DNA of 64,000 nt from Fimbriosthenelais zetlandica (lineage: Eukaryota), in contig OZ365110.1 in assembly GCA_977030845.1 (NCBI GenBank), forward strand, positions 21,948,001-22,012,000, given 5' to 3'. Below, one piece after another: positions 1 to 13,000 of the stretch (positions within the stretch are counted from its first letter, which is position 1; every line of letters begins with the position of its first letter). The notes under the pieces are model-generated. The model was not told the origin of the DNA. It saw nothing but the letters and a program-made list of their open reading frames with translations, and did not search any database. Made by a program: the position numbers and the translations under genes.

Positions 1-694
1 AATTCATAATAACATTCAGAGGTGATCTCATTTTACGCATGCGCAGAGTTCTGTAGTGATATTGATTAAATAAAGGCAGAGAAAGCATAATATTACAGAG
101 CATTGTGGCAGGCGGGTTTTTTGGTGTGATAATTGAGTTATCAGGGTTTTTGTGGTGCCTTGCTGCTATCGCACGCCTCCTGCCGATAGTTTGCTGGGCA
201 CGATAACAAGGCTGAAGACAGCTGCATGACGGTTTGTTTAGCGGTGGACAAAAGACAGGGATGGCGATCACCTTCTCAAGTCCCCAGTCTCCCCCTCTCC
301 TCCCATATCCACACACAAAGTATTCAAAGGACTTTATTAGGAAGCACTGGTATCGGGTTCCTTGACTGACATGCCAAAACAGGCTCTATATCATGGAATC
401 TCTCTTGGGGCCCACAGAAATTGTTTAGAGGTCCCTTGAAATGTGATCTTCATGAAAGGGCTGCATCCAATGTCTGAATGGCCAGAAACTGATGCCTCTG
501 AATGGATATAGGGCAGGGATTTGAATATAATTCATCAGTGATCGTAAGCTTTCCCTCTTCCTCTACCCTTTAGCCACGAAAATAGCCTAATTATAAACTA
601 ATACTTGGGGTTGAATCCAAATCCATCCATAACTGTAGACCTTGAGTAAAAATAAAATTTAATGTGTTTCCTGAAATAGAAGACTCCAGTCCTG

Positions 695-746
695 TTATAA
701 GCAGTTTTAGGCCAACTGCGTTATAAGCAGTTTCAGGCCAAATGCG
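695..746. repeat. 26-bp tandem duplication (2 copies)
   Basis: ttataagcagttttaggccaactgcg (695-720) is followed directly by ttataagcagtttcaggccaaatgcg (721-746), 24/26 identical. Confidence 0.9.
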
Positions 747-3172
747 TTGTATTTATGCTTCAGAAATGCTTGCAGGGGGCCACATATATATAGATTGAAC
801 TACTGACGGAAGTCTCTCATGGTGCACAGCCTGTATAGCAGAGACAGGAGTGGGAGAGTTCACCAAAATCATACTCTCAGAACACGTCCTTCACAGAAAG
901 TCCGAACATGAAACACTCTTTCACTCTTGAGATTTTCTCCAGATCACCAGAGTCCTAAAAGAGCAGCTCGATCAAGCGTGGCCCACTTGTCTAATAAACC
1001 CCCCTCTCCTGCCAACAGAAAGCTGCAGTGATTCAAAGATTTCCCACAGGAGGAAACAGCTTTGCAGAGGTGGATGACAAGTTTCCAATCTCATTGGAAA
1101 TGAAGGAGTGAATCTGATATAAAAGGGAGAGCTGCTATAAGAGAGACCTTCCACGGATCAAGGAGATGAGTAGCTCTCCCTGAAGGGTGTTGAAGTTTGG
1201 TAAAGGTGTCAGGTGCCACAAAGGGAAGGGGACCCTTATCCTCTTGCTTTGAGGCACTCACCTGTGAGTAGCTAATCCAAAAGGACGCTTAATCTAGCTT
1301 CAAATGCATTCAAACATGAAAGACGGTCTATAGTTACCTATGTACAGTGTTAGAACAAAAATAGACGAGGGAGCCTGTTTCAAACGGAATAGATTAGTAA
1401 TGCGAAATCTATGGCTATATATAATAATGCGTTTTGAAACAGGCTCGAAATACAAGCATGTTCAAGAATGTTCAATGGGGTTTTCTGCTATTTGACTCAT
1501 ATCTGTAGTACTCCAGTATTATGAGCAATTATCTAATCATACTTACGGCTTATAACCATATTCATATCGGCCTACCCTGTCAAATGTTTTTATTTAATAA
1601 CTTTAGTCCCCGGCCTGATCTGTCTGCAGCGTCTGTAGTCCGTATACCATTCCATCCCAGTTTTAACATAACATTTCATTCCAAATGGGCTGTTTTGCTC
1701 ATGGCTCAGTTACGCATGTCTGCCTGGATTTCACGCTTCATATCTGAGTCAGCAAAACATAGCTCGTCTAGGACAGACACTCCGGCTGTTTTTTTTTCTA
1801 AACGCATCACAAAGTGAAAGTTTGTCAGAGTTTGGCGTGTTGATGCGATATAAACTGTTTAAGCACGTCTGTCACGGCAGGTAAATGGATGGCTCTGGTG
1901 CTAAAGTTGCCGAATGAAATCGATTCATGCTTGCCTTCGATGGCCTCACTTGAATTTTGAGCTCATAAACGTAAACACCGTCTGCTGAATTATTCTCCAT
2001 TTACGTTGCCATGGCGAAGATGAGACATAAATCCAGCAGGCTAATTGCTCCAGAACTGAATGAAGACAAGATGTAATGTTAAAAATGGATGTTCAAATTT
2101 CAGAATTCAACTTTTCATTAGTTTTGATATTTTCAATTGAACACTCCATGCATAATATACATTTGCTATAGTTAATTGGATTTAACTTGCTTAATATATA
2201 GCCCAATTTGCATCGTTACCTTTGACATTGCCATTGTCATTGACAATTTTTCAGTTGTTCTATACAATTGAAAAATTTCGAGATTGATTATCAAGTAAGA
2301 GCTCTAAGACATGAATCTCTTCCTACTTACTACCCTAGTTCATTTCTTTGATAAATCTTAGTGGAACAATTCCTCCTTTCAAAGTCATGCACGCAATGAA
2401 AAGCCACTCACAAGTCATGGAGGGAAATAATCATGTATGTCGATAGTGTAGAAGGGATTAAGTACGACCTAGTAGGTCATATCCTGGGTGGATATTCATT
2501 AAAATAAAGTAAACATGCCAACAGTTGCTCCCCAAACACTGCCGGATCCCCATGCTCCCCACTTATACCCCACCAACCATATCACGCAAACTGCAAATCA
2601 CCTCCCAAGAGTTTTTTCTCGTTTTACTTAACGAAAAAAGGTGCCATTGGGAAGATAGGTCTGCATTGGATCCATGCCATGAAATGGTCACATTTTCTAT
2701 GCATAAATGAGAGGAATATTCATGATCCGTCTTCTCCTTTCCCATCACTTAGTCATGCAGATCTTCAGCTTTTTAGGCAATTGCCCTGATTTTGGATTTT
2801 TGAAATCTTAATTACTTTAATTCGAGTCATTGAATATTGCAGTAATTTTCAAGGGAAATTTAACTATCTATAATATAATGTCAGGCTCCAAATCATTTTT
2901 GTTTAAATGACCTTAAATGGTTTGAAATAAGGCCAGTTGTCAATAGGATTTTCCTTGATGAAATACCATTCAACGAAAAAATATTTCCTACGGGCATAAA
3001 AGGTTTACGTTGTACATTTTAGTTAAGGGTTAGTCGAACCCCCGATTTGAGCGTGTGGAGGAGGAAAGTAGGAAGCTAGGATGATGGATTATAGATTTGG
3101 AGCTGAAGTAGTAGGAGGAAAGCATTGCATCCACAGATATTGAGTTGGTGAGTGGGTGATTTGACGAGGCGT

Positions 3173-3197
3173 GGGTGGGTGGGGGGTGGTGGTGGGG
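3173..3197 (+). other. Canonical G-quadruplex-forming motif within a GT-rich low-complexity tract
   Basis: GGG-T-GGG-T-GGGGGG-TGGTGGT-GGGG gives four G3+ tracts with loops of 1-7 nt. Confidence 0.6.
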
Positions 3198-6092
3198 TTG
3201 TTTGTTGGGTAGGTACCGTAGATTGTTGGGTAGTTAGATGGGTGAATTGGCTGTCGGGTGGGATGTAAGAGGGGTACAGATGGTCCCTCCCACTGGTGTC
3301 ATTACCTTATCTCTCTCTACCAGGCTCCGCCTCAATATCACCCCCTGAAATATAGGCCAAAGCCAGGCCAGCAGCGCAGTCATACAGTGCCCACAAAGGG
3401 CTAGCTATATCCCTCTATTCTGATCAGATTATCCCCACCCCCATTCCCTACACAAGGGAAAATGATCAGAAATCAAAATAAACCCATGTAGTGTGTCATG
3501 CAAAAAGACAAAAAGAAAAAGTTATTTTACTCAGTGCCTTCTACTATTCCTCCATAGATGTACCGTTTGGGCATTTAACAACAGAGTTAGAACAATATAT
3601 TAAAATCTGTCAATTTAATGACACCAAGCAACACTTAGCACAATTTTGAACCACCATTTCATTTCCCTGTTGGAATAATACAAATCTGGGCAGGAGATGG
3701 AGATATTTAGTTCAATTTCATCTCAAGTCTGATATGGCATTGACTTTACTGTCTTATCGCTTCTATCTTGATAGTGTGTGCAGTAGTCCGTGCTGATAAG
3801 GAAATGGATGGACCACATGCTGTAGTGAATTATGGCCCTTTTCTCAGTGACACCATTACAGTTTTATGACATAGATGTATATGAAACATTACGCAGTAAA
3901 ACATGAGTTTTTTGTCTGAAACCGTTAAATAATGATACCTATGCTCTTATTTACTCCAAACATGCCCCCAAAATAGTTCCCTCTGGCACTGAGTCATATA
4001 ATTTTCAAGTGGGAAACGCAAAAATACTATTATATTACATGTACAAAAGTATAATGGTTATCATTAAATATTATGGTAGTGAATTATCCTAGATGCAGAT
4101 AACTGACAAATTGCTGACTGGACGTAAACCACTATTCACTATGGGAGTGAATGTGATACTCAATCATGGTGGTATATAATATAGGAAGTTGATTTAAGGG
4201 TCTGCGATATCGGGTGAATATACGTAACATTTATATGTAACTTTTCCCCTGCATCCTTTCCATTACCTTATTATGGGACCTTATTTCCAGGGCAAATTAT
4301 AGAACGTTCCTTCATGAAAGAGTTGGTAAGCAAGTGTCAAAGGATGTAATCAACTTGCAAACCCTGTCCTTAATTAGAGCCTTAACATGATTGGCAAACA
4401 TAACCTGAGCCTTCTTCCCTTCATCAGTCGGGCACTCATTTCTACTGTGATCTTTCTACGTGTAACTACGATTGCGTTCTTCTATTGATCTCTGTGGAAG
4501 GAGACCATGAACCAGCATGCATTCAGAATTTTTTCAGGGAAAACAATCTTTGTTTCCCCATATTACTATTGTACCTATTCGGACCTAAATTAGGTACAAT
4601 TTAATACAATTCATGGCCGATTATAGAATAACTCCAGATCTAACGGGCAAAAGAACTTCCACAAGAATGTTTTGGCTGACTAGAATGCTCGCAGAATGTA
4701 ATGGGACGGTTGAAATCATACATTTGTCATCCATTGGATTATTTTCCCTTCAGTAAAGAGCACATAAGTATTCTTTCAAACCCTAAAACATTAAATTATT
4801 GCATAGTGGATCTGGCATATATAGAGTTAACTGACAAAACATCCCCAGCCCCATGATTGGTGAATTCAGGATGGTGACTATTTCTGATGACGTTACAAAG
4901 GCTTCATAACAAGACGACCAGTTGTTCACAAGCGCCTGCTCACAACGAGTGGCAAACCTTTTTCTGTTCCTCTTGGGATGTGTGGCGTTTTAATTTGCCA
5001 ATAGTTAAATGGGTCGATTGGGTCCGTTAATTAGTAGAGACGAGATACCAGTTGGGTCCTCGTGCAATGTCATTGAAAGTCTGAAGAGGACTCCTTCATG
5101 TTTGAGCAAGTTATTCCTTGACTTTGTGCCAGGAAGTGTGTAATTTTCCAGCCGATGAGATTTCTAAATTAGTGAGGAGACTTCCTTTGCTATAATGCGT
5201 TGTAGCATTATAGAATTATACAATATGTTACTCTGTGTTGAAGAATACTCAATTTCATTATATCTGATTTTTTAGTCCTCTGATATCAGAATTAGCTTGA
5301 AGAAAAAATGTCCACATAAAAAAACGGAGCGGTACCTCACTTTCATTCTTTTTCCCCTTCTGTTGTGAAGATAATGCACCATTTCCATAATAAGTTCAGT
5401 GCAAAATGAAGAAAGTCCCATCTTCCATGCCTAACGTCTGTTTGCTCCAACAGTTTAATGACAAATCTCATTCCCCATAAAATCCCACAGAGATGATAAG
5501 ATGAAATAAAGAAGCCTTTATCTTTTCCCCCTAAAGTTTTCTATAGGCTACACGCCGTTAGCAACTGTGATTTATATGGGAATTTTACCCAGCTCGTCCC
5601 TTTGCCACTCCGGTGCACTCTCTTTCATTCCTATCGATAATCATATGAGGCATAAGATATTCCCATGGCCCTTCGGTGTTAAATCTGTGAAAATAAATCA
5701 ACCTTGATGGGAAAAATCGATGGTTGAGCTTTCGCCTAGGATTGAAGCATCCCTGAGATGGCGATGCGAGACTTTAGACTGGGCTCTGAGTGGCCGTTTA
5801 TCATGCGTGCTTACTTTGTATCTTTCACTTCAGGTAGAACAGAGATGTCTCCATATATTGTCTTTTTCTGATAGACTGTGAATTGCCTTGTCTTGTGAGA
5901 GGCCCGTTCTCTGAAATATCACGCAAAAGATTGAAGGAAACTTTGTCAATATATGTCCTGGCTAAAATGAAATTTACACTAGCAAAACTGTTACTCATGT
6001 CTTTAATTGCGCCAATATTTGCACATCTTTCAATCTGGACCTTTCCACAACTGCCTCTAATTCCTGGAAAATACCATGGGAGAAAAAATGTA

Positions 6093-6113
6093 CCCCCCCC
6101 CCCCCCCCCCCCC
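6093..6113. repeat. C21 homopolymer
   Basis: 21 consecutive C residues. Confidence 0.95.
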
Positions 6114-7165
6114 TTGATTATACCTAAAATGCCTTCTTTGGGACGTCAATCATTTTATTTTTCCGCCATGTAAATGATCCCAAGATTGTAATTTGCTTTT
6201 GTCAAAGGGACTCGGGACTATAGGACAGAGTGCTTCATCAAAATTATGAACAAGGTAGCTCATCTCCGCTCATAGTGTCCCATATAGTTCTTTATAAACA
6301 GATCAATCTTGGGCTGGAAATTAGAGCATATAAACAACCGAATCAAGAAATATGTCTATTGGAAGGAAAGAGATGATGGATGGGCCTGATTGATTGTCTA
6401 ATTGAACGCTGAGTCAATACATCCTGGAATGGGCTTGTGTCTGTAGGCTTATTATACGATGATGTAGTCATAAGTAACTGTATTGAGGAATTAGAATGGG
6501 ACATGAACTATGCACATATATACAAGTTATTTATGTAAAGTTTAATATATAACAAGCCTAAGGTAATTTCCTCATTGATTTTCATATGATATAGTTTCTG
6601 TAGAATGATGTGAGTATATATATACAGGTAGAGTGTTGGGTGAAGCCTTGTTAGTTGGTATACTGTTCAGAAGATCAATAAGAATACTACCACAGCCGAC
6701 ATTTATTGATAAATATAGCTCTATTCCACTTTCATCTATAGGTCCTCTTCCCTTAGTCAGGTCTATATTATATAGATAGCACCATTTATACAATCATTAT
6801 GTACATAAATGTCATAGCACCATCCTTGTATCCTGCACCTCATTCAATGTGTCTCGTTTCCTTTCTTTTTACATTCTCGAAATAACTTCCACCTTTGTCA
6901 GGCTAGAAGGAGGTCTGTGTACATATAAAAAGCCCACGTTTTAGTCTGGAAGTTAATAGAGGAAAATGTTTGGCGTCATTATATATACCCCCATGGGCAA
7001 GCAGTGGGTGGGAGAGGGTGATATGGCCAGCTTAGTTACTACCCTTAGTGCACAGATATTGATTCAAAATCAACGATCGAATCCCATCCGTGCCACTGAC
7101 CGCCAGTCTGCGCCATGGTAAAGGGCCTCCCGTCCAAGACTGAGCTCCACAGAACAGAATTCTTT

Positions 7166-7176
7166 GGCGCCATCTT
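7166..7176. promoter_or_regulatory. YY1/Pho consensus motif
   Basis: GGCGCCATCTT (reverse complement AAGATGGCGCC) matches the YY1 consensus and sits in a GC-richer patch. Motif only; function is unproven. Confidence 0.35.
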
Positions 7177-10067
7177 AATTGCAAGAGGGCAAAAGGGAAT
7201 TCGTGCCTGAAAACCTCGAAAGAGCAAAAACGATGCGGAATGGAGGTTAATGGAGCAAGGGAAAATACAAAAGGAACCCTTTTAAGTCCTTCCAATAAAA
7301 GAGTTTGACTTGAATTCCCGAGAAAAGGCTGATCAATTTATCTGCACAAACGGGCCTCTCCTTACTGAGGGCGTATAGGGTAGTGGCATATGGAAAGTGG
7401 CATTTGTCCCTGCTCTAGTACCCTCCAGATAATAAAAGAACCTACACTAGTGGCGGGAATTGGCCAATTCAAGTTACTTCTACCCTGGCTGATTTAGCCT
7501 GGCCCAGATATTGCATGCATGCATTTCATTAGAAATCTTTCTGGTATGTATTAAGGCTACAAAAGTTGCATGCTTCCGTTTCATGAGAAATATTTCCCAC
7601 CATTCTTTGGCAACTTTTTGTTATATATTATGGCTTCCCAAGTTCCTTCCTTGTATATTATATTATATGCATCCCTAACATGGGCCACTATATCCGAGAG
7701 ACACATTGCCATCAGATATTGCAGTTGTGGAAATTGTGCCGTTGTCGGGGGGTTAAGTTGCCAAATCAGGAAGCCATGGTAAGGTGATTTAGTTGCGTTG
7801 CTCCGCTAGTCGGTGGATATCAGATTGCGGGTTGGTTCTCTCTAGGAATGATCAGGGGAGTGTATAGCATGCGCCATTAATCAAATCTCTGACAGTAGCG
7901 CTCATCTTGGTATTATGAACAAGGCCCTGGATTGTCTGTCAGCCGTGCAATGATAATCATAGCCAGTGCACATGTCATTAACGTCAGCATGGCTCATGAT
8001 TCATCCTTCCTCGCCTCTTTTAAGCCTTGGATCCATTATGGATGCTTTTGTGTCGGCGGCTATCATTCTGTTGGCAAAGTATATTGCGGCAGCTTGAAAA
8101 GATTCCGGGAGGGAAATAGCTTATAGACTAATCCCTCCAGAAACAAACCTGACAAAAACCCAAGAATCTTTAGTAGTGAATACACATTCTAATGACTCAT
8201 ACTTATTCCCTCATAAATATATATGATTTCCAATAGGGGAATTATACAATCTATTGCCAATCAGCAATACCCCTGCATGCATGCAACCCTTATATTCCCT
8301 TAGATGATAAGCACTGACAATGTAAAGGATAACATCGGGATTATTGATGTATCTGGTATGCAGGCCTGGGCACCTGTAATGGCTGATGGATCAGTACACG
8401 GTTCATATGGTGCAGGCCAGGCTAGAGAATATACTGGTATAAGAATAACATTATCATTAGTTATTCCCGATTATCTATCAGCATGGGAAAACGGTGGTAA
8501 TTGCTTCTTCTAATGATGGTCGTGAATCACAAATATCGAGGGATTACGCACCACCATATATTTTGGCCCTATTTCTATGGGCACATTTGTACATATTTCT
8601 GGCCTCCTTGGAATCCCTCGTTACCTATAACTTTGGAAACCATCAGATTCCCTGTCCGATGTATAGGTATATAAATTCCCCTCATAACAAGCTGGTTAAA
8701 ATTATTATAAACAGATTTTGAGAGACAACAATTAAGGATTGTATGGTATATCATTAAGTTCTATTCTCCTGATTAAATATATGGTCTGGAAATTTACTGT
8801 TAAAACGATTTGCTTGGTGTCCTTATGGCTTGTTTGGCCCCCTCAGATCACTAGAAGAAGCATGACCGTGGAAAAAAGGTCCTTTCAAAAGTATCGGTGG
8901 CATTGCTTCAATTATGTATGAGTATTTTTCATTAGGGCATGCCTGAACACACCATTATCACATGAACACACTACTGTCATGAATCAAGGGGGACGTGTGC
9001 TACTATACATGCGACCATATATACACATAATGAAGTCCTAGTTAGATAATGATGAAGGAGGACAAATAAATCTTTTTGTCTCCCATTTTTGCACCAATAT
9101 CCAGCGTCTCCCCCGTGAATAAATATTTCACCGTTCTTTGTCAATAAATCATGTACCCGGGGCTGAAGCAAAAGACTTGTTCCCCATTTTCTTCTCACGT
9201 GATGGGATTTTTGTTCAGAGTCCCAGGACACTGACACAATTCCCTCATTAATATTAAATAAACTGGCTGCAGCCCACCCAGCTAATTCTTCATCTAGGGC
9301 ATTTCCAATGTTGTTGCTGTTTGATATGGTGATTTACTAGCGTTAAAAACAGACACTCCAATTCACATGGTGTCCCCCATAGGCTCAACACTAATTCAAC
9401 TTGATGAACCTTTTTCAAGTTAGATTTTCTAAAATGTTCCTTCTTTACAAAAGCAACAACAGCCTTGTAATGAATTACTGGGCACATTTTATAATAGATA
9501 AGATGATAATAGATTATAAACGAGCTCCTACTAGACCTAGATGTCTTGTGATTGTGATAGCAAAAGAACTACAGCCTGGTGTGAACACAATTTGCTGTAG
9601 TCCAGCCATATAGGATCCTCTGGTGTTATTTTGCATAAGGAGTGTTGCGATTTTGTTGCAGCTAGCCCTTCATTGTAGCTGACATTTCTTTGGCCTCAAC
9701 TGCATAGATACTTTTCCTTAGAATCTCTAATTACACCCACTGTGAAGGGAGTGATGGAATCTCCTTGTACACTTTAATAGCTCAGCCAGTTTTCAGAACT
9801 TTGAGACCTTGTCATGTTGAGTCACGCCCATCCACCAGTCCTGACTGACTCAGCAAGCGTCCCAGCCCCAATCTGTCAGCTCACCACATACCAGTCCAAT
9901 CACCGTGGAAATTGAATTCCTCAAATGGCTGGAATGACATGCGATGTCGTGGATAACTGAAGTCTCGGTAAAAGATGGTCTTGGAGACTTAGACATATGT
10001 AAAAAGCCCTTCCAACCAAGACAGGTTAATGGCCCATTATTCTCTGTGCATGTACGCCTGTACTTTA

Positions 10068-10091
10068 ACCGGAAGTGGTGGACCGGAAGTG
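10068..10091 (+). promoter_or_regulatory. Tandem pair of perfect ETS/GABP sites
   Basis: ACCGGAAGTG occurs at 10068-10077 and 10082-10091, followed by GCCATT/GCGGCCATT YY1-like words. Confidence 0.5.
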
Positions 10092-13000
10092 CCATTTCCT
10101 CTACCACCATTCACCTCAGCTGCGCGGCCATTGTGGTCCAGTACGAGGGATTCCACTCGTCAAAAAATCATCACGCTGAAAAGTTGTTCAAGATTGCCCA
10201 CTCCTCAATTTATTAATATTAAGATGTTAAGGGTTATAACATGGCCATTTGATGCAATATGAGGATGAAATAAATCACCATTTAGATGAAATGCCATATA
10301 AATCTAAAGCTCGGGGCTCAGACCGTTGACAGTATTCCCAGTTTTATTAGCAGTCGTTGGAGATTTATAACTCCACCATCCATGCATTATTGACAGAAAC
10401 CTTTGGCTTGGGAAGTCATGTACTCTCCATGTGGTTTTTCTTTCCTCCTCTGCACAGGCCCCCTGTGAAATGAATGAGACAAAGGGCGGAACTCTTTTAT
10501 CCTCTGGAATCATTTCTTCATAATGTACAAATTAATGTGCGTGATTCTGTTCTAAAGGGCCTTCATTTCTTAGATGCATTGTCTATAAGCATGTCCTGAA
10601 TATTTAGATTGAGAGATATTCGATTACTTATACACATCAAGCAGGCCTAAGAAACCTGGCTTGGCCTATTTATTCTCCATGCCAATATGGAAGGATATTG
10701 GATTTGGAAAGGCAGGGACAGCAATTACTTATATAGGCGAAAGATGGAGAGGAGGAAATTAGAAGGAGAGTATTGATAAAAACTTCTGGAATAACCCCAG
10801 TGAACAATTTGTTTTTAGTACGTATTTTCGTAAAAGAGTGCTGGCAGGTGTTCTGAATATAATAAGCAACCAAAAGTATGAAAGTAGGAAACATAAATAC
10901 TCTATGATTGCAGCAGTGGCTTGTTTCTTGAATCTTTTATACAAATTTTAATCCTATTCCAATATCTAGTATGAATCATACTCAACTAGAAACCTGTATT
11001 TTCTAAAGAGTAAATATGATCCAAAGACTGCATGTACTTTTTAAAATTCAAAGCACTTTCTAGGATTAGATTGCTAACCTGAATTGCCTCTCGAAGATTT
11101 TATGGGCTTTGACTTCGATTAAGCTTAAATCCATATTGACATTGAAAGGATTCAAATCACATTTCGAAGTGCACATGAATGCTCCTCCCTTTTAGCCACC
11201 AATCAGGCGGTCAGTCAATAGAATCCAATTTGATTTTGTCCTCAAGTAAAATGCATGGAAGCCAATAGAGTGATCCAGAACATGCAAACCAATCTTTCCC
11301 TCAAATGGAATAAATGTATTTCCTGGAAATAGGTATAGGGAAGGGGCTAAGTCCTGGCTAGGTCCTCTTGTCATGGGAACACGCCAGGGGATGATGGCCA
11401 TATAATGGGAAGGAGTTGCTCTAACGAGGTAAAGTGAGTTGCTCAAGAACCTGTCCAAATTTAGCCAAGAAGTTGATCGATTGTAAAGCTAATATTTGCT
11501 CGCGGCCTGTGAATGGCAGGCAGTCAAGAGCTACTCCCACTATTGACTCTATATCAGATGTGAGAGCAGCATGTCCACAGGCCAGTGTCTTATACTGTTA
11601 CCTATTGGCATTCTATTTATCCTCCTATTCGCCCGAGACAATTCCTAATGAACACATCTTCCTTCCACTCTTTTCCTTTAATTAATATAACCGGGTATTT
11701 TCTTTGATAATATAATAATAGAATAAAATAAAATTTGAGGATGGAAGTGTGGAAGCCTCCTTCCATATCCAATAGGGATGCGGAGTATATAGCAGATGCT
11801 ACTACATGTATAAAGATACTTTTAATGGCAGCATAAAGTAAATTGCTTTGGGAATTTTCTCATTATTCCTCTGCGAACAAAACACTTTTTAAATACCCAT
11901 TGCCCAACCAACTGTCAACATTTGTCTTGCCAAATAGCCTCTGGTAGGCCTGTACATGACAGTGTCTGCGCAAGTCCGGCTAGATATGATCCACTGTTTT
12001 GTGTACCTTATGCCTATAGCTATTCGACGTGTACGTAGGAAAAAGCGGCCATACATCGAGGATGGACGGGACCCCAGAGTTCTACTTGTATTTGTTAACC
12101 TGAGACAATAATATGTAAGAGATTTGTGGATGAGACAATGAAATCTGCCTTTAGACGGTAGAAATTCTGAAATTGACAAAATGTGATTTTTCAATAAGAA
12201 TATTGACTTTCAACTTTAACCATAAAATAGCTTTGACCTTTGTTGCCATCAAAACATTGCCTTCTTTGATTTGTCAAGTATACAATCTTTCTAACGGCAC
12301 CTAAAATATTTAGCACAAAAAACTCAGATATTTGGCATCCCTGTAGCCATTGGAGTAGGAAAGGGCAAGTTAATCCGATTGGAGGTGCCATCAAAAGGCC
12401 CTCTCCTACCCACTCAGCCAAGCCCGCTTTGCCCTGAGCTTTTTGGAAGCTCATCCATGACCTCGGTCTTGAATCAAAACAGGAGGTGCTCCCTAGCGCC
12501 GAGGTGGTCGCCATCGTTGACTGGCCTGGGGTGATGAGAATCATTGAACAGCACAATAAAATATGCTCAGTTGGCTATGACCTTTGCCACCTCCTGGCTA
12601 CTGGCCCATTACCCACGAATCATGCTCTCTAGGGTGTGTATATGCACCTAGATATGTGCTAATGGAACACCAGAGGTTTAAGGCTTGGAGGTGTGTATGA
12701 TGGCATCCTGCTCGGACTTTAATAGTATTTTAATTTATCCAATTGTGGGAGTTTTGAACATGAACTTAGCTCAACCCTAAATAATAAATATATTATAGGC
12801 CTAACTCAGTAGTGCAGGTATCGCATAATGTACGCTTTTGCTAATAGGTGCAGATGATAAGCATGATGATATGAATATCCTAATGAGATATTTTGCTTAG
12901 TGAAAGAATCGGGCTTTTAGGTGTGAATTTATTTTCCACCAACACCTCAGGCATTCAGCCATGTCCTCCTCTGCACGCTATGATGGCCATGTCATGTCAC

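Noticed and set aside
943-1112. Strong acceptor at 942 followed by an open frame (ITRVLKEQLDQAWPTC...)
   Set aside because: There is no good donor before the stop and no homology, and acceptor-like tracts are common in AT-rich DNA.
1706-1886. Inr-like TCAGTT plus donor CAG|GTAAAT suggesting a first exon
   Set aside because: Both motifs are short and frequent, and no supporting core-promoter elements are present.
7512-8285. (TGCA)3 palindromes and frequent TGCATG (RBFOX-type) words
   Set aside because: TG/CA excess is expected from CpG decay, and I could not show a strand bias.
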